Part shown: one piece after another, positions 13,600 to 33,326 of the stretch | Position numbering within the stretch: position 1 is the stretch's first letter | How the letters are laid out: each line of letters begins with the position of its first letter | NCBI GenBank assembly: GCA_012295275.1 | Contig: CM022679.1 | Span: 23,684,001 to 23,748,000, forward strand | Source of the DNA: Chrysomallon squamiferum | Lineage: Eukaryota; Animalia; Mollusca | Reading direction: 5' to 3' | Length of the DNA: 64,000 bases | Made by a program: the position numbers and the translations under genes | Notes under the pieces: model-generated | The model's database searches: none | The model's input: the letters and a program-made list of their open reading frames with translations, nothing else | Told to the model about the DNA's origin: nothing

Positions 13600-14696
13600 A
13601 TGGAGATTCCACAAAAGGTACCTTGAATATGTTGTTAAGAAATTGTTGGGTTTTTTTGGTCCATTTTTTTATCTTATTGGTTTGAAATTTTTAAAGAATA
13701 TTATTATAACTCATATAGTTATTTTCACAAATTTTCCATGCACATTTGTTATAATAATTTAAATAGAATAGCTATTTTCTAATATCAGAAAACGTGGTTC
13801 TTAAAGGATCTGACATTTTTCTATGACAATTAGATCACATAATATTTATGTTTTTATATATTAGACATTTTTGGGGTCAGGCATGAATATTGATGGGTTA
13901 GTGCAAAGTGAATCAATGGTACATGTATTGAAATAATTTTTAAAATGTATGATAATTTTAAATGTTGGTCACACAAGTGAATATTTATCTCTTCATTATT
14001 ATGGAAATGGTGAAAAATATTAAAGAATGAAAGTGATAACATTTATAGTAGATTATTTTTCGTTATGATACTATAAATTGTAGATTATATGGTTTTCACT
14101 TTACATGCAAAAATATTATATCTCACACAATCACATATTTAGATTTTAAAATAATAAGATGTTAATGATAAAAGATTCATTGAAAATGTATTTCATTTCA
14201 AAATCTTTCTTTTCTTTTTTTACAGTGAATATTATAAACAGTAGAAGAAGACACAAGCAACTGTTTAACTTCTGATCTCTTCAGATGTAATCAGAAATCA
14301 CTGGAAACCATGATTTTTTTGTTGTTGGTTTTTTTCAAATGAAAATAATTGTATATAAACTTTACAATCCGTATGTTTGTGATCATGTACAGTTCCCTGA
14401 ATTTGTAATAATTCACTGATGATTTATCTGTGATGTTATAGTTAAAGTTCTGATGCTTCTCGTAATTTTGTAGGATTGATGCTGTTGTGTGAATCAGTTC
14501 CATTATAAGTTCGTATTCGTGTTTTTATTACTTTTTTGTTAGAAAGTGATGTCCAAACTCTTGTTGTAAATAACTAGATTGTAATTAATAAATATTTATC
14601 ATATTTACTTTAGTTTCTTTACCTTGTATATATAATATGTTGTTTGTTTGCAGCTGTGGATAAACCATGTTATATTTGATCCACAGATGAGAATAG

Positions 14697-15435
14697 TTGC
14701 ATGCTGATATCTTTCAAATAATTTCTTTTCTTTTATAGAAATTTGTAAATTGTACATAATGGTATTTTGCTTGTTGAATCTTTCACATTACTTATTTTTG
14801 TTTGTTTGCAGAAATCTGAAAATTGAACATAATAATATTTTGCATGCTGACATGTTTCATATCATTTTTATAGAAATTTGTAAATTGTACATAATGATAA
14901 TGTGCATGCTGATACCTTTCATATCATTTTTATAGAAATTTGTAAATTGTACATAATGATAATGTGCATGCTGATATCTTTCATATCATGTTTATAGAAA
15001 TTTGTAAATTGTACATAATGATATTTTTTATTGCTGATATCTTTCATATCATTTTTATAGAAATTTGTAAATTGTACATAATGATAATGTGCATGCTGAT
15101 ATCTTTCATATCATGTTCATAGAAATTTGTAAATTGTACATAATGATATTTTGCATGCTGATATCTTTGATGTCATTTATAGAAATTTGTAAATTGTACA
15201 TTATACTTTGCATGCTGATACCTTTCATATCATTTTTGTTATTCTATAGAAATTTGTAAATTCCACTTTATGATATTTTGCTTGTTGACATGTTTCGTCT
15301 ACTTCTTTTTTTCTTTTTTTTTTCATAGAAATCTGTAAATTGTACATAATAATATTTTGCATGTTGACACCTTTAAAAAAAAGAAAAAGAAGAAGATTGT
15401 TTTATAGAAATTGTGAATAATACATAATCATATTT
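14697..15435. repeat. ~62 bp minisatellite, ~11 copies, 3' of the RNF213-like gene
   Basis: tagaaatttgtaaattgtacataatgat...gcatgctgatatctttcatatcatttt recurs at 14871, 14933, 14995, 15058, 15120 etc.; edges are degenerate. Confidence 0.92.
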
Positions 15436-17759
15436 TCAGTGTGTTGGACATAATATTCATATGATTCTTTTGCTTTTTAAAATTTTGTGTTTTTTCCAGT
15501 TCATTTCTGATTGAGTTAAAATTTGTAGAATACTTTATGATGTTTTATATTATTTTAATACATTGCTGATATTTGGTGGCACATTTTTGGAAATTTGCTT
15601 TTAATTTATTTTTACAGTCACTAAGCCAGTGTCACTTTCTTAATATATTTAATGTTTGAAGAAATTTGATATAGTTCTGTTGAATGTTTTTTGATATGTG
15701 TTGTTTCTTTTTCGTGTATATTTTCAAGTCCATATAATACATAAAATATTTTTATATGTCACTGTTTTTGTTTTTGAACAAAATTTGTTTCTAGAAAAAA
15801 GTCAGATATATATTTACTTTAGTTTTGAATTCTGTGATCAGGTATTGCTTTTGTACTTTAAATAGTGTAATGTTTGATATACTGTAACAGAATTATTTTT
15901 TTTTTTGGTCACCTCCATCATATAGTGAATATAACTTCCAGGTTTTTCTATTCATATTCATTTGAAATAATGTATTGGCTATTATTGTAAATGAATGGGT
16001 TTTAATTGATCATAATTCTATTGCTTTTACCATCAAATGTATTGTTGTTGGTTTTTTAAATATGATTCTTCATTAATGATTGGATTCAATGTAAAATAAT
16101 ACATATTTTTATCATTTGTTTTATTATTATTATTATTTTTTTGTTGTTGATAATTATAATAATTTTCTTTCAAAGTATGGTATAAGAATTAATGGTATTG
16201 ATACATTTCTTTAAAAATATCTTAGTGATTCTGTATGTGTACATGTAATGCAAGTAATATATTGTTTATTGTTGATATTCATGTATGTTTTGATTAACCA
16301 AATGTATCCTATATTATTAAATTCCATTGGTTTGCTACTGAAATATTATGATTATGATGCATATTGTTTAGTGTTGAGGAAACTGGAAATAATGCTTATT
16401 GGTATTTTTCATTTTACATTATTACATAAAAAATTACAATTAAAGAAACATCCTATTTATATAAATCTAATGTTGAACATACCATTGACAAAACTTATGT
16501 ATGTTTATATGTATGTGTGTATATACATGTTTATATATTTCTTTCTTTTTTTAATTATCGTCATAGATTTTTATGATTGTTATGGATATATTTATCACTG
16601 AAATATTTTTTACTTTGAAATGCTTAGTTTTCTATTGATATACATAGAGCCCAGTCACACAAAATTGTGACAAAAACTAGAATATCTGTTTGGGTTCTTA
16701 CTGCTGTAGAATATTTAATTAAACTGTGGCACCACTGACAAAAAATAATAATCTTAAGATCAAAAGTTAAAAATATAAATTTTTGTTATTCAGCTCCTGT
16801 TTCAAGTATGTATTTGTGAGTTTATATATGTGTGTGTGGGTCTGTTTTCATTTATGAAATTAAATTTGAAAATATTGACTAACAGTTTGGATTTGGTAAC
16901 TGTTAGATATAATAATAGGTTTTTGAACAAGAAGCCCTTTCATGTAATTAAACATGAAATTGCTAACTGTATATATATATATATGTAAGAGATGCATGCC
17001 TTTATAGACTTTTGAAAACTGCTTTATTGTCATCTGAAGCATTCATTCTGAAGTGTCCAAATTGTTGTAATGACACACCTAAACATTTTAAAGTTGTCTG
17101 ATGTATGAATGGTCCCTTACCTATTTTTAATTCTAGTGACAGAAATGGAATGGAGTCATATAAAGTTAAATTAATACTCCATTATTTTTTATCTTTTTGG
17201 AGGGGTGTTAGTTATATGAAATACAGACAATGGCTGTCATAAAAGATGAAGCTCATATTAAAGTGCTTACTTAATTTAATATGGTGTTGAGGCTGACATT
17301 TGAAAAGTAATTGGTATTGGAGACCTTTGTATTGGCTTTTAAATAATTTTAAAAGCTCTGATTATATATTTATAATAGTAAGTTTGAATTTATTAATATA
17401 TTACAGTAGAAATATGTAGTTGGTTTATTTTAACATAATTTTTCTTTGCTAATCTAAATTGAAATGTTTTTTTGATTTTAGTTTTATTACTAATGTAAGT
17501 AAATTGTCAGTGAAAATATGATATCAGCTGGAAATGTATTTGAAGTTTATGTAATAATTGTGAAGGAATGAAAGTAAAATAAAATGATTTTAAAATATAG
17601 GTAATGAAAAGGAGATAAGGATTAAGGAAAATATTGTGATATATAATAGGAATTATTCGGTGAAACTTTATTTTATTATGCTAACAATATTTTATTCTAT
17701 GTCGTTAATTAAATTTAATAAAATAATAATGATATTAGTTACTATTATTATTATACTGA

Positions 17760-17965
17760 TGGCTTTTAATTATTTATAAGGCTGATTTTATAAAGAAATT
17801 TATAATATATTAAGATAAAATTAAAATTATATTATATTATTGCTTATACATACATACATACATATATATATGGCTTTTAATTATTTATAAGGCTGATTTT
17901 ATAAATAAATTTATAATATATTAAGATAAAATTAAAATTATATTACATTATTACTTATATATATA
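17760..17965. repeat. ~111 bp tandem duplication, 2 copies
   Basis: tggcttttaattatttataaggctgattttataaa...ttaagataaaattaaaattatatta occurs at 17760 and 17871. Confidence 0.85.
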
Positions 17966-19056
17966 TATCTTCACAGGCAACTGCAAATACTGAAAACAGT
18001 TCACAGCTTCAAATCCTACCTGTCATTGGTTATCCTTTATGTAAATGGATAATTTCCATGGCTTCCCACTTTTTTATAACTGACTTATATATATATATAT
18101 ATATATTTGTTTTAAAATACTAAATAATTAAAAAAAAAAAAATGTTGTGATAAAATTTATAATTTTAATTAGGATAATAAAGTTTATCAACAGTTTTCAG
18201 TATTTTGGAATTAATATTTGTTGACACTTAAAAGTAAGATAGTTTTTATATAATTAACACTGTGTCATATTAATTATTAATAAGTGGTTGTTCTGTGCAG
18301 ATAAATTTGATATCTTACATATATTACATATATTATAATTTATACATTAGTATTCCCTAATATTTTCCCAAACCCATGATTAGCTTCTATTATAAAGTAA
18401 AAATGTTAAGTAAAACAAAAATATCAAAATTTAAAACACAGCTAATTAAAAACCGGCTTTTTTTAAAACCTGTTTTTGATCTTTGGAATAAAAACTAAAC
18501 CACTAAAATTCATTTAATATTTAATTTCATTTTCCAAAGAATTCTGTAAACACTGGGCTCAAACTTAATGGGTTTGGGAAATAAGGATATATTTGAGACA
18601 TTTCCTGTGTGGGAAGTTTGATTCTTTTCAAAATTAGAACTAAAAACAATATATATAACCTATACATTTCTTTTTTTGTTGTTGTTTAATTATTAATTAT
18701 AATAGGATATTTGATTTCAGTAATTTATGTGATACCAAATGAAAATAACTCTTCATAGGTCTCAAAAAGTGAACCAAAAATTTAAAATATATTTTATTTT
18801 TCAGTACTTTCCACATTTAAATGTCTCAAATTATTCCAAGAAAAATAAATGTAAAATAAGTAATTATTTTAGAAAACCTTTTTTTTATTTGCTTTGTACC
18901 AAAAATCAGAGTGTTTGAAGTTAGCAGAGTTTATAATAAAATATTTTGTCAATCAGTTATTAAACTCTTTGCCATCAAACAGCAAAGATTTATCAGAAAC
19001 AGTCAGTACCCAGGAATCATACTGGATTAAGGAAAACATGATACAGTATTTTAGAG

Positions 19057-19600
19057 CAGGGGTCTGCAGTGTTTTTGGAATGGTAGGCCAAATAGCAGAA
19101 CTGAATTGGCTCAGTGGACACATGTACTGGTTTTGATAGTAGATAGAGAAAAAGAAAAAAAAAAAAACCTCATTAGACTTATTGCAAGTAATATCAGTTT
19201 TAATAATATTAGTAATAATATTCTGAGATTTAATTATACAATAGCCATTTACATAACAAATTATTATTTACAATTTGTAAAGTTGTATTGTACAAAATGT
19301 GTTAGAAACACATCGAAAGACAACATTCTTTAATTTATGGACATATTATTCCATTGTCAAATGATTATTTTGTTTTTTTTGCTTGTTCTTTTCTTTTTTT
19401 TTTCTTTTTTTCTGAATGTTTTCACACTATTAGTTTTATAATAATATGTTTTTTTCTGATGTTTCAACTTACAGAAATTTATTATTTATTAATATTATTT
19501 TAGTGGGGAACTAACTTACTATGAAGTCAATATCCAGATGCTCCCCATAATTAATCTTAGTTGTGAGAGAATCAAAGAAACCATAGGCTGCTGAACCCTG
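19057..19600. mobile_element. Old non-autonomous hAT (Charlie-like) element
   Basis: Ends CAGGGGTCTGCAG ... CTGCTGAACCCTG form an 11/13 inverted repeat of hAT-type sequence. Flanks ttagag/ctcata resemble the usual target context, but there is no perfect 8-bp TSD. Confidence 0.4.
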
Positions 19601-22600
19601 CTCATAAAAAAATAAAGTCAAAATCATGATTGCTAATGATGCACATAAGGTAAACTGTAGTTGATATAGCTGTTTTGAAAGTACATTTTTATTACTTATT
19701 TTTCAAATTTTTAACACTGAATATTTTACAAAATTATTTTTATTATTACTTTTTTTAATGTAAAATTTTAAAGATGCCTTTTAAAATAAAATCATTGTAA
19801 CATCACGGAGGATGAAAAAAAAAAACAAAATTCAAAAGTAAACTAAAATGAATATTTAAAATTTTATTATAAACTCTATTTTAATTGTATTTTATAAATT
19901 TTATTTGTATTCAGTTTTGCTTTTTAATAAATGTATAAAAAAATAATTGATTGTTCTTTATTTTGTTTCTAGTTGCTGAAGGAAGAACTAAGTGTTTTAT
20001 TTATGATTCTCTAACTTTCTAAATTTGTTACATGGTATCTTTATTATTCACCTTTTCATGGAGAACAAATTACACGTAAAAACCTTTGACTAACCAGTCA
20101 CAAGATTTATTTTCGAGTGAAAAAGGTCCAGTACTGAGGATTGTACTGAGGATTGTATGTGCTGAATATTTAAATAACATTTAAAAACTTCAAATCTTAA
20201 TCAATCTATATTCAATGAGTAATTTTTCAGATCAATCTAAACCAAAGTCATTTCAATGATTTCGTTGAAAACTTGTTTCATAGTAATGTATAAACATTAT
20301 TTGCACAAACTGCTATATAGGTATGAGTAAGTAAATTTCAATTATATGCTAAATATGAGGTACCAAATGAAGCAAATAATCTGATGAAAATATTTCTAAT
20401 GCGATATTTATTTACTTTTAATTCACAAAATGTATTTTTAGTCAGTGGTTATTCATATGCTTCTTAGAAAAAGAATGAAAAAAAGGAAAGAAGAGAAAGT
20501 TCTGATAACCCCAGTTTATTCACTGTCATATTATTATTACACATATAATATTTAGAATAATATTTAGTATAATATTTAGAATATTTACATCAGCACAGTA
20601 TTATAATGCACCATTCCATATTCAGTAAAATACATACTTAGGCATAGATAAACCAGTCTTGGAACTGTGGATGGATTGGAAACTAAACGAGGATTGATCC
20701 AATTACAGTCAAAGCTACACTCTAACCATTTGGCAAAGACTGTGCAATAATTCAGTGCAAATCAATTATAAGCCATGCATATTTCACAAAAGTATATTAA
20801 ATCCATGCATTGTCCCAAATTTTCTCCATTATATTTTAAAGAATGAAAATAATAATTGAAGATTTATTGCTTTTATGTTTTAATTATTTTTTATTCTATT
20901 TATTTTATTTTTAAAACTTTTAATCATTTTTTTTTAATTATTATTATTATTTAGTTAAAATGTTGAGCAGAAGCCTCAGAATATAATTATAGTCTCCAAT
21001 TTTTTAAATTTGGGAAAGACTTGTCTTCAATATTCCTTGCGTATGATATCAAGAATGACGAAAATGAAGCAGTTGTGTTAATTTATTCAACAGATTGTCA
21101 ACATGGTTTTTCACATTTTTCAGTAATCTTGCATTTAAATGTTTAGTGGCCCTCCACCTTGTCCATGTTTTATTGTGATATTTTATTATCACTGTAGTTT
21201 TTTATTTAATGCAGATATAAAACTATCTAAGCTCATTTTTACTTACAAGATCAACCAGTTTTACCTCCTCAGCATAAACAGTGATCTAAACACCCATGTG
21301 CTTGTGCTGAGGTAAATGAAAAAATAAAAAAATAAACAAAAATTTCTAACCTTTATTATGTCCAGATTTCATAGGAAAGTATTTATTTTAAATTTTTGTC
21401 CCAGATGTAAGTATGTTACTGTTTATTAGTGTCATTTTTGATAATAAAGAGAGTGGCTATTTTTCTTTAATTTTACACAATAAGTAAATTTAAAAAACAA
21501 CAGCAACAGAATTTTTTTAATTAGTCAGCGAAACCCTTGTCAGCATCACCATTACATTTTTTTACCATTCCAGGCAGTGCCCACAATTGGCACAAGTTTA
21601 CCTGACTTGAATGTTCCAGTCAGTAACACATTATTTTGACATTAATGTTTGTACAATAGTCTTTGTGCATAAGCATGAATTTCCCAAATGAAATTATTTA
21701 GTTTTTGTTTTCTGCTCCATTCATGAATAAATGAAACATGATATTGATCTATTTTTTTGTTAGTTTCCAGGCACATACAGAGAGAGAGAGAGAGAGCAAT
21801 AATACATAAACATTTAAGTTTAAAATGTTTTTATTACTTTTTTAAAACTGATACAAAGTTACTGATACAAAGATTCTGTAATTTATATTTATCATCTTTC
21901 ATTAAGAAGTAAAAACTATAAAAATAATTAAAACTCACATAAAAATGGTTTAAGCTAATTTTAATTATACTTGACTCTGAACAGACAGGCAGAAGGCAGG
22001 CAGATGTTTGGACATTTATAATCATTATCGCATGATTCAAATATTTGTCGACTGTCCATTCACCTGGAAAAGCTGAGCAGCAAGGTGTATATGTTTCAAA
22101 ATATCACTAAATCTGAACCATTCAAGTTCGAATTGCAGTGTTCACTGCCAGTACTTTTCACTTTACTAAGTTGAATATTGCCATTCTAACGTGAAGTTCT
22201 TATAAAAAACAGAGAAACATATAAAAATATAAAGATTAATATTGTAAAACAGATAAGTACAGAGATATACGAGAAAATTATACTAAACAAAAGTATATTT
22301 TTACTTTTATGTGATTTAAATACTTTAAAAAATGAACCTATTTAAAATTGTTTTAAAAAGTAATAATAAAATACAAAATTTCTAACAGAATAAATAATAA
22401 TACTCAGATATTTTCTGATAACAATTTTACATTTTTTTTTATTATTATTAGATAATTGCAATGAAATTCAAATGTTTTGTCATTGTTTAGTGGTTTAATG
22501 AGTTGATCAAAAATAAATCTACGGAAACTGAACAAACTGGTCATAAATATTGATAGTTTGAAAAAATATAAAACATTAAAACTTTTATTTTTTATCAAAA

Positions 22601-23433
22601 CGTATAAATTTCAGGGAAAAACACAATAAAAATATGGTACTAATTTTTTAAAATTATTTTTCTCTAATTACATTACATTATTATTATTATATATTTAATA
22701 ACTACTTGTGGAGATGTTTGTCAAAAAAATGCCTAATAATAATAATTTATAACCAGATTAGAAAAAATAGTTTAAAACATTTAGTGGCACTTACTCAAAC
22801 ACACACACACACACACACACACAATTTGTTACATCAATAAAAACAATATAATTTTTTTTCAAAAATTAATACTTATATATAGCAAACAACATTTTCCATT
22901 GTAAATAACAATAATAATATAATAATCACAGAAAAACATTTTTCCTGAGGTCTCATTTCCCAATCCAACACACAGCTTTATAGATTGTGTGACCCATAAT
23001 AGTAAATCTCTTCTGGTTTTAGATGTGAGAAGCTGAACAAAACTGTGGTTTATGGTGTCTGAAAAACTGAGAGGTTTCAAGAGAAAAAAAAACCAAAAGA
23101 ACAACACATACAAAAAAACAGGAAATGGGATCTAAAATAATGCAATAAAAACAAGGTCCTAACCAGCAGGATTAAAATCATTATGTGTTAAAACATGCCA
23201 TATATCTTTAACTTCATTTTTGTTTCCTTTACATCTGAAATTGTCATAGCATTAACCTGTACACCAATCCATTATATGTGTGTGTGTGTGTTACAGATAT
23301 TCAACAACTCTTTCAAAATACTAGTTCTATCATTGAGACAACTTGTGATCTGTGTTGAAAGTGTAAGTGCATATTGTCTTTTACTAGTACGGTATTTGAG
23401 TTAAAAAAATATTTTCATGATTTATCTGTAATA

Positions 23434-30743
<7,310 letters not shown>

Positions 30744-30783
30744 CGATCAAAGCTGGGTTTCGAGTTCCTAGTTATTATTGGAA

Positions 30784-30803
30784 TCACATGATGCGCACGT
30801 GAC
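30784..30803 (-). promoter_or_regulatory. Paired E-boxes (CLEAR/M-box type) upstream of PLBD1-A
   Basis: TCACATGA-tgc-GCACGTGAC, ~40-60 bp upstream of the ATG in a locally CpG-containing patch. Conserved with copy B. MiT/TFE CLEAR sites upstream of lysosomal hydrolase genes are established knowledge. Confidence 0.7.
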
Positions 30804-31321
30804 CCTGTGACAAATTCGGTTAAGCTCGTGAAACGTCTTATATAACAACTGCTCTTTCTATAGCATTTTAAATAATGTGGATGAATTAATTTTTTTTTTT
30901 AAAATAATAATAATACTTTCTTATTAAATTTTTGTATATTTGTATTTGCTTAAAAAAATAAATAAATAAATAAATAAATAAATAAAAAGTATGAGAATAG
31001 GTGAAAGCATATTAACGTTCCAAATGTGTTTTTGACTTTATAACTTAGTTCTTATGAGTACACTTCTTTACTAACATACAGGTTTCTAACAACATATTCA
31101 CGTACATTTATTCATTTACATACACATTTAATTTATCATTTATGATGATAAACCATATCGTACAACAATATCTCTTTAATTAAAACGCTTATCAATATTT
31201 TGTTTTTTATTATTTTATCACAAGAATAATTCTTTTGAAAACCATTTGTTTATACATTTGTGATTATTTAGCCACATGTCTCGGCTATTTTAACTGTTGA
31301 CAGTACTTCTGATGATATACA

Positions 31322-31358
<37 letters not shown>

Positions 31359-31406
31359 GGTAATTACTGTTTTTAAAGTATGTATCTCTCGTATACTAAC
31401 AATTCC

Positions 31407-31488
<82 letters not shown>

Positions 31489-32798
31489 CACTCAATAATC
31501 AATATAAAATGTGAATATACGTTGGTGTAAAATAATTACAATTTTAACAGGAATGAAAAATGTAAAAACAGAAGTAAAAATATTCCTTTTATTTCACAAA
31601 ATTTAAAAGATAAATATACAAAATGTACTAAATCTATCCAATTACCATCAATTTATATAAATTAAAATAATTATGATTTTACAACCATTTATTTTTTTAT
31701 TTATATAGTAACAACAAAAATAGTCAGATTGAAAGAGGTAGAAATCAGTAAAGATGATATGTCATAAAAATTGTATCAATGTTTTATCACATCAAGATAT
31801 GGTAATAAAATACATAAATAAAAATACTTTACAAGTTATATAAATACTTTCATGACATAAAAATATTAAGAAAAACCTGTATGTAAACTTTTAAAAAATC
31901 ACAGACAGTTCATTTGGTTTCAGTATTATTCATTTAACCAATCCAGCTAGCACATTCATCTAGCCTAATAGAAGTCTACATTTAGATCAGATGAAGGCCA
32001 CCTTTGTGCCAGATAAATGTGCTAGCTCTTTCTATTCCATTTTCTACTTCAAAACTATTATATCATACATTATGGTATATATTTTCCTTTAAAGAGACAG
32101 TGAAATGAAAACAATGTTACTTCTAACTGATTAGATCAAACTATTAGAAATAGGGTTCCTCTAATATTATTGTTATACACAAAACTAAAAACTGATCCCC
32201 AAATTGGTTAACATTTAATAACTATTAATATAAAAACTGTCTGAGGTGTCATAAAACAAATAATTATTCAGTCATTAGCCATAAATATATGAGATCCAGT
32301 TTAAAAGACAAAGAATCTGTTTTAGATTCACATCTTAGAATACAACAGAGATAAATGTTTCCATCTTATACTCAGACATTTACTAGTGTAAAAACTGGAA
32401 AAAAACTGTATTTTCAAGTCTGTATTGTGCTAGTGTTGATTGTTGTCTGTGTAGAATAGATAAATTGTAATGAACTGTTCATTTCAGATTCAGTGGTTTT
32501 ATTAGCATGGTGTTTGTGTTAAGCAATATTTCCATTTATCTGTATTTTGCAATTAAAGAATATGTTGTAATAAACTGTTCACTTTAAATTTAAACCATCT
32601 TAGATTCACAGTTTTGACTACTTAAATAATACTGTGTGAATGTCTCTGTGATGTGAATGGGCAGTGATTACATGACATGTGTTTATGAACTTAGCAAGAG
32701 TTTTACTTGCACAGTTTAGTTAAATAAATATTGTGAAATACCTGTTTAACATCAATATTAACAGCTGTTACAGGACAAATATTAATGAGCTTTATATT

Positions 32799-33326
32799 AA
32801 ACACATCCACAAAACATACATACCATCACATCCACAGACATAATATACAAACATACATGTACAAGCTTAATTCATTACATTCAAGAGTTACATTCAAGAG
32901 TTTTACAGTATGAGTTAAACAGTATTTTCACAATATATATATATGATAGAAGTATTAGTAGTAATCTCTAAACAGTGGGGATGTTGTGATGAAGTTGAAG
33001 TTGTAGACATCAGGCAGTCCTACATGAGACACATTAAACTGTGATGTCCACTTGAAAGGAGGTAGATTGTCTTCAGTTGTTGGACCATTGATGATGTCAG
33101 CTGTGAAGTTCAGAGCCATCTTGAAATCCACCGTCTAAATTGTAAAATAGAATGTTAAAATAATTCTGTAAAATAGTCTGGTGACTTCTTGATACCAGGA
33201 TACATACAGTGAGAGAGAGAGACAGACACACAGACACACACACAAACACATCCACAAAACATACATACCATCACATCCACAGACATAATATACAAACATA
33301 CATGTACAAGCTTAATTCATTACATT
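32799..33326. repeat. Identical 83-bp direct repeats (32799-32881 and 33244-33326) flanking the last PLBD1-B exon
   Basis: aaacacatccacaaaacatacataccatcacatccacagacataatatacaaacatacatgtacaagcttaattcattacatt occurs twice, offset 445 bp. Confidence 0.92.

Noticed and set aside
14697-15435. CRISPR-like appearance of regularly spaced repeats (also 26240-27057)
   Set aside because: Units are contiguous with no unique spacers, there are no cas genes, and the DNA is eukaryotic.
15500-23400. Additional gene between the RNF213-like gene and PLBD1-A (ORFs at 16248, 18894, 22859)
   Set aside because: Low-complexity AT-rich translations with no phase-consistent exon chain; the 18894 ORF runs into a hAT-like end.
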